This document shows, in pieces, positions 60,483 to 64,000 of a stretch of 64,000 nt of DNA. Position 1 is the first letter of the stretch. Every line of letters begins with the position of its first letter. A program made the position numbers and the translations under genes. This stretch comes from Nitrosopumilus sp. (GTDB taxonomy: Archaea; Thermoproteota; Nitrososphaeria; Nitrososphaerales; Nitrosopumilaceae). The DNA lies in NCBI GenBank assembly GCA_965249555.1, contig OZ252243.1:1472001-1536000 (forward strand), read 5' to 3'. The notes beneath the pieces were generated by a model. The model was not told the origin of the DNA. It was given only the letters and a program-made list of their open reading frames with translations, and ran no database searches.

Positions 60483-61883
60483 ATGTCCCAAGAAACTCTT
60501 TCAAAACTTAGCACTAGTCATATCCGTGAGATCTCTTCATCAAGAAATGAACCTGATTGGCTAAAAGAATACAGACAAAATTCCTTATCTGTATATGAGA
60601 AATTACCAATTGAAATTTCTCCCTTATACAATAAATACACTGATGCACAAAAAATGGATCCACAACAAGTTTCCTTATCTACATCAACTACTGACACTGT
60701 TCCTAGTTTTCTTCAAAAAAGACTTGGAGAACTAGAAAATGAAACATGTATTATTCAAATTGGAACCAATACATACAGAATCAATATCTCTGATGATCTA
60801 AAATCAAAAGGACTTGTAATCTCTTCTCTTGAAGACGCAATTCAAAACAATTCTGATTTAGTAAAAAAAGCATTAGAAGCATCAAATTCTAATGAAGATA
60901 AATTTACTGCACTAAACAATGCAGCATTTAATACTGGAGTTTTCATTCATATTCCACGAAATCTCCAACTAGAAAAACCAATTCATATCTTATCTTGTTT
61001 ATCTGAAGATGGAATATCTACTATCTCTAGAAATATTATTTTTGCAGATGAGAGCAGCAAGGCAACAATTGTTCAGGAACTATACTCCCCAAAGGCAGAA
61101 AAACAACAAGCATATCTAGAATTACTAAATACAACTCTTGCACCTAATGCACAATTAGATTTCACTACTTTACAGATGATGGATCAAAGCTCAGTTAGTT
61201 TCTGCACAAGAAGAACTGACTTGGCTCAAGATGCAAAGGTTAACTGGTATTCTGGTTTGTTTGGTGCACTATTATCTAGATATAAGATAGAGTATTTTCT
61301 AAACGGACCAGGTTCATCATGTAACGATTCTGAAGTTATCTTTGGAAGCAATGAACAATCATTTGATATTCAAACTAATGTGACTCATGAAGGTAGAGCA
61401 ACTGAAGGTAGAGTTGTAGAAAAATCAATTCTTCGAAACAAATCAAAATCTCTTTTCAAAGGAATGATTAGGATTAAAGAAAATGCAAAAAAATCAAATT
61501 CATTTCTGTCAGGTCGTTCTATTCTACTTGATAAAGATGCAAAGTCTGATTCTATTCCTGGATTAGAGATTCTAACTAATGATGTCAAAGCTACTCACTC
61601 TGCATCTGTCGCCCAAATAGATGAAGAACAACTCTTCTATCTTAACACAAGATGTCTAAGCTATAGTGAAGCTGAAAGAACAATTATTGAAGGATTCCTA
61701 GAACCATTATCAAGAAAAATGTCTTTTCAAGTACGAGCATGGATTGCATATCTGATTGAATCTAAATGGGAAAATAAGGAACTCTCAATTAACACAGATG
61801 AAGAATTAGCAAAGTTTGTAGAAATTGAGGAGACACGCTACAACGAAGACGCCGAAATCGAACAACACTACAAGTATAGGTGA
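60483..61883 (+). CDS. sufD: Fe-S assembly protein SufD
   Basis: P.LEI..NDVKATHSA, LFYL.TR. Confidence 0.92.
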   Translation: MSQETLSKLSTSHIREISSSRNEPDWLKEYRQNSLSVYEKLPIEISPLYNKYTDAQKMDPQQVSLSTSTTDTVPSFLQKRLGELENETCIIQIGTNTYRINISDDLKSKGLVISSLEDAIQNNSDLVKKALEASNSNEDKFTALNNAAFNTGVFIHIPRNLQLEKPIHILSCLSEDGISTISRNIIFADESSKATIVQELYSPKAEKQQAYLELLNTTLAPNAQLDFTTLQMMDQSSVSFCTRRTDLAQDAKVNWYSGLFGALLSRYKIEYFLNGPGSSCNDSEVIFGSNEQSFDIQTNVTHEGRATEGRVVEKSILRNKSKSLFKGMIRIKENAKKSNSFLSGRSILLDKDAKSDSIPGLEILTNDVKATHSASVAQIDEEQLFYLNTRCLSYSEAERTIIEGFLEPLSRKMSFQVRAWIAYLIESKWENKELSINTDEELAKFVEIEETRYNEDAEIEQHYKYR

Positions 61884-62197
61884 TTTTTCTGTCTGAATGG
61901 ATAAAAGCTTGTAGTTTGGAGCAGGTAAAAGAAGGTCAGCTTTTTGGATTAACTATTAATGATACAAAAATTCTTCTAGCCAATCTCAAGGGGAAAATAC
62001 ATGCAACTGATCTTACCTGCACTCATGCAAATGCAGATCTTTCTACTGGATTTCTCAGTGAAGAAGGTGTGAGATGCCCATTACATCTTTCTGTTTTTAA
62101 TTTAGAGAATGGAGAACCACAAAATCTTCCTGCAGAAACACCCCTCAAAGTGTACAATGTTAAAATAGATAACAACGAGGTTTACGTAGAGATATAA
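61880..62197 (+). CDS. Rieske-type ferredoxin
   Basis: CTH...CPLH. Confidence 0.92.
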   Translation: MIFLSEWIKACSLEQVKEGQLFGLTINDTKILLANLKGKIHATDLTCTHANADLSTGFLSEEGVRCPLHLSVFNLENGEPQNLPAETPLKVYNVKIDNNEVYVEI

Positions 62198-62200
62198 AAT

Positions 62201-63445
62201 ATGCAAAGTACACAAACATCTTTTGAAAATTTGAGAAAAGATTTTCCAATTCTAAAGCGAACTGTTAGAGATAACAAGCGCCTTATCTATCTTGACAATG
62301 CATCAACAACCCAAAAACCAAATCAAGTAATTGATTCTATTACTAATTATTACAGAAATTATAATTCAAACATTCACAGAGCAGTATATTCTATAGCTGA
62401 GGAAGCAACTGAAGCATATGAGGCAACCAGAGATAAAATTGCTAATTTTATCAACATAAAAGATCGTCAAGAAATAATCTTTGTTCGTGGAACCACTGAG
62501 GCAATTAATCTTGTTGCATATGCATGGGGCAGACCTCACATCAAAGAAGGTGACATTATTGTTACTACTGAATATGAACATCATAGCAACATTGTACCTT
62601 GGCAACTACTCACACAAGAGAAAGGTGCCAAATTAGAATACATTGGAATGGATGATGATGGAGAATTGATCTTAGATGATCTTGATAAATATCTTGCAAC
62701 AGGTAAAGTCAAACTTGTTACTTTTAGTTTAGTGTCCAATGTTCTTGGAACAATCACTGATGTTCAAAAGATTATTGAAAAATGTAAGGCAGCAGGTGTT
62801 CTAACGCTAATTGATGCTGCTCAAGCAGTACCTCACATGAAAGTCGACATTGAAAAACTCGGATGTGACTTTTTTGCATTTTCTGGGCACAAGATGCTAG
62901 GTCCTACAGGAATTGGTGTTTTGTGGGCTAGAAAATCGGTTTTGGAAACCATGAACCCGTTTCATGGTGGCGGTGATATGATTAGAGAAGTTCACAAGTA
63001 TGAAACAACATGGAATGATTTACCATACAAATTTGAAGCAGGCACTCCAAACATTGCAGATGTTGTAGGATTTGGGGCAGCCATTGATTATCTTACAAAG
63101 ATTGGAATGGATAATGTACGAGAACATGAAGTAGAGTTAACAAAATATGCTATGGAAAAATTATCTCAAGTTAAAGGAATTCATATCTATGGTACAAAAG
63201 ATATTTCAAAACGTGGTGGTGTAATTTCATTTAATTTTGCAGATGTACATCCTCATGATGTTGCACAAATTGTTGACGGAGAAGGTATCGCAGTTCGTTC
63301 TGGTCATCACTGTGCACAAGTCTTGATGGAGAGACTAAATGTTGCTGCAACATCAAGGGCTAGCTTTTACATTTACAATACCACAGAAGACATTGATGCT
63401 CTAGTGAATTCATTAAATAAAGTAGCCAAGGTGTTCAAACTATGA
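62201..63445 (+). CDS. sufS: Cysteine desulfurase
   Basis: YLDNAST, SGHKM.GP, RSGHHCA. Confidence 0.97.
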   Translation: MQSTQTSFENLRKDFPILKRTVRDNKRLIYLDNASTTQKPNQVIDSITNYYRNYNSNIHRAVYSIAEEATEAYEATRDKIANFINIKDRQEIIFVRGTTEAINLVAYAWGRPHIKEGDIIVTTEYEHHSNIVPWQLLTQEKGAKLEYIGMDDDGELILDDLDKYLATGKVKLVTFSLVSNVLGTITDVQKIIEKCKAAGVLTLIDAAQAVPHMKVDIEKLGCDFFAFSGHKMLGPTGIGVLWARKSVLETMNPFHGGGDMIREVHKYETTWNDLPYKFEAGTPNIADVVGFGAAIDYLTKIGMDNVREHEVELTKYAMEKLSQVKGIHIYGTKDISKRGGVISFNFADVHPHDVAQIVDGEGIAVRSGHHCAQVLMERLNVAATSRASFYIYNTTEDIDALVNSLNKVAKVFKL

Positions 63446-63885
63446 GTGGCAATGCAGATATTTACCATGAGATGATTGTTGACTATTCACGAAATCCTAC
63501 AAACTATGGAAAGCTTGAAGATCATGATGTAATTTTCCATGATTCCAATCCATTATGTGGAGATAGTATTGATATTGCTATGAAAATTGATGACAACAAA
63601 GTTACTGATATTAAATTTGATGGAAAAGGTTGTGCAATTTGTATGGCTTGTTCTTCAGTTTTAACTGAAATAACAAAAGGCAAGAGTCTTGATGATGTAA
63701 GAAAAATTGAGAAAAATGACATATTAGGTGAGCTAGGTCTTGAGCATTTACAAGCTGTCAGAATAAAATGTGCTTTACTTTCACTTAAGGTACTCAAATC
63801 TGCTCTTTACACCTATCTTGCAGATCATCTTGATGATGCTCAAGATGTAGATAGATTAAAAGAAGATGCAGCAAATCTCTACTAG
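63442..63885 (+). CDS. sufU: SufU/IscU-type scaffold
   Basis: NPLCGD, GCAI, RIKCA. Confidence 0.92.
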   Translation: MSGNADIYHEMIVDYSRNPTNYGKLEDHDVIFHDSNPLCGDSIDIAMKIDDNKVTDIKFDGKGCAICMACSSVLTEITKGKSLDDVRKIEKNDILGELGLEHLQAVRIKCALLSLKVLKSALYTYLADHLDDAQDVDRLKEDAANLY

Positions 63886-63886
63886 T

Positions 63887-64000
63887 ATGAGTGATTTTGT
63901 TCCTGTAACGCCAATTGTGCTTCAAATAAGAAAAATTATCTTTGAAAAATTCAATGATGTTGATATTAAATTTACAAATGATGAGATTTTTGAGATACTC
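63887..64000 (+). CDS. Hypothetical protein, truncated by window edge
   Basis: MSDFVPVTPIVLQIRK... open to the end of the window. Confidence 0.65.
   Translation, partial: MSDFVPVTPIVLQIRKIIFEKFNDVDIKFTNDEIFEIL

Noticed and set aside
59061-63885. suf operon lacking sufC as a novel system
   Set aside because: sufC may simply lie outside this window; this cannot be judged here

Overview
AT-rich archaeal DNA that looks like Nitrosopumilaceae (ammonia-oxidising Thaumarchaeota), judged from rpl10e, endA, IPSWIK-repeat exported proteins, sbtAB and the hem and suf clusters. The many IS relics and a giant multi-PBP surface protein suggest a host-associated (sponge-type) lineage, which is an inference. 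Two accessory islands interrupt the core genome. Island 1 (~1.1-19.2 kb) lies next to tRNA-Gly(GCC) and is bounded by a 13-bp direct repeat. It holds IS66 and IS6-type elements, a uS10-like paralog, an ApeA/HEPN gene and the main finding, an apparently invertible defence locus. In that locus a PLD-SNF2 helicase gene, the 5' half of an Eco57I-like amino-methyltransferase gene and an intact tyrosine recombinase sit between two perfect 190-bp inverted repeats (7753-7942 and 15461-15650). Each repeat is followed outward by a different in-frame C-terminal target-recognition cassette, so inversion would switch the DNA specificity of the enzyme. Island 2 (~21.4-36.8 kb) lies at the 3' end of tRNA-Glu(CTC). 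It is a mosaic of IS110 and IS982-like relics, four copies of a ~260-bp MITE bracketing cargo genes, an AAA ATPase bracketed by 37-bp palindromic direct repeats, a GNAT/RHH pair and a 1538-aa PBP-Cache protein. The rest (37-64 kb) is mostly core genome and includes an unannotated 48-aa metallothionein-like ORF. All calls come from reading the sequence by eye; no database search was run.
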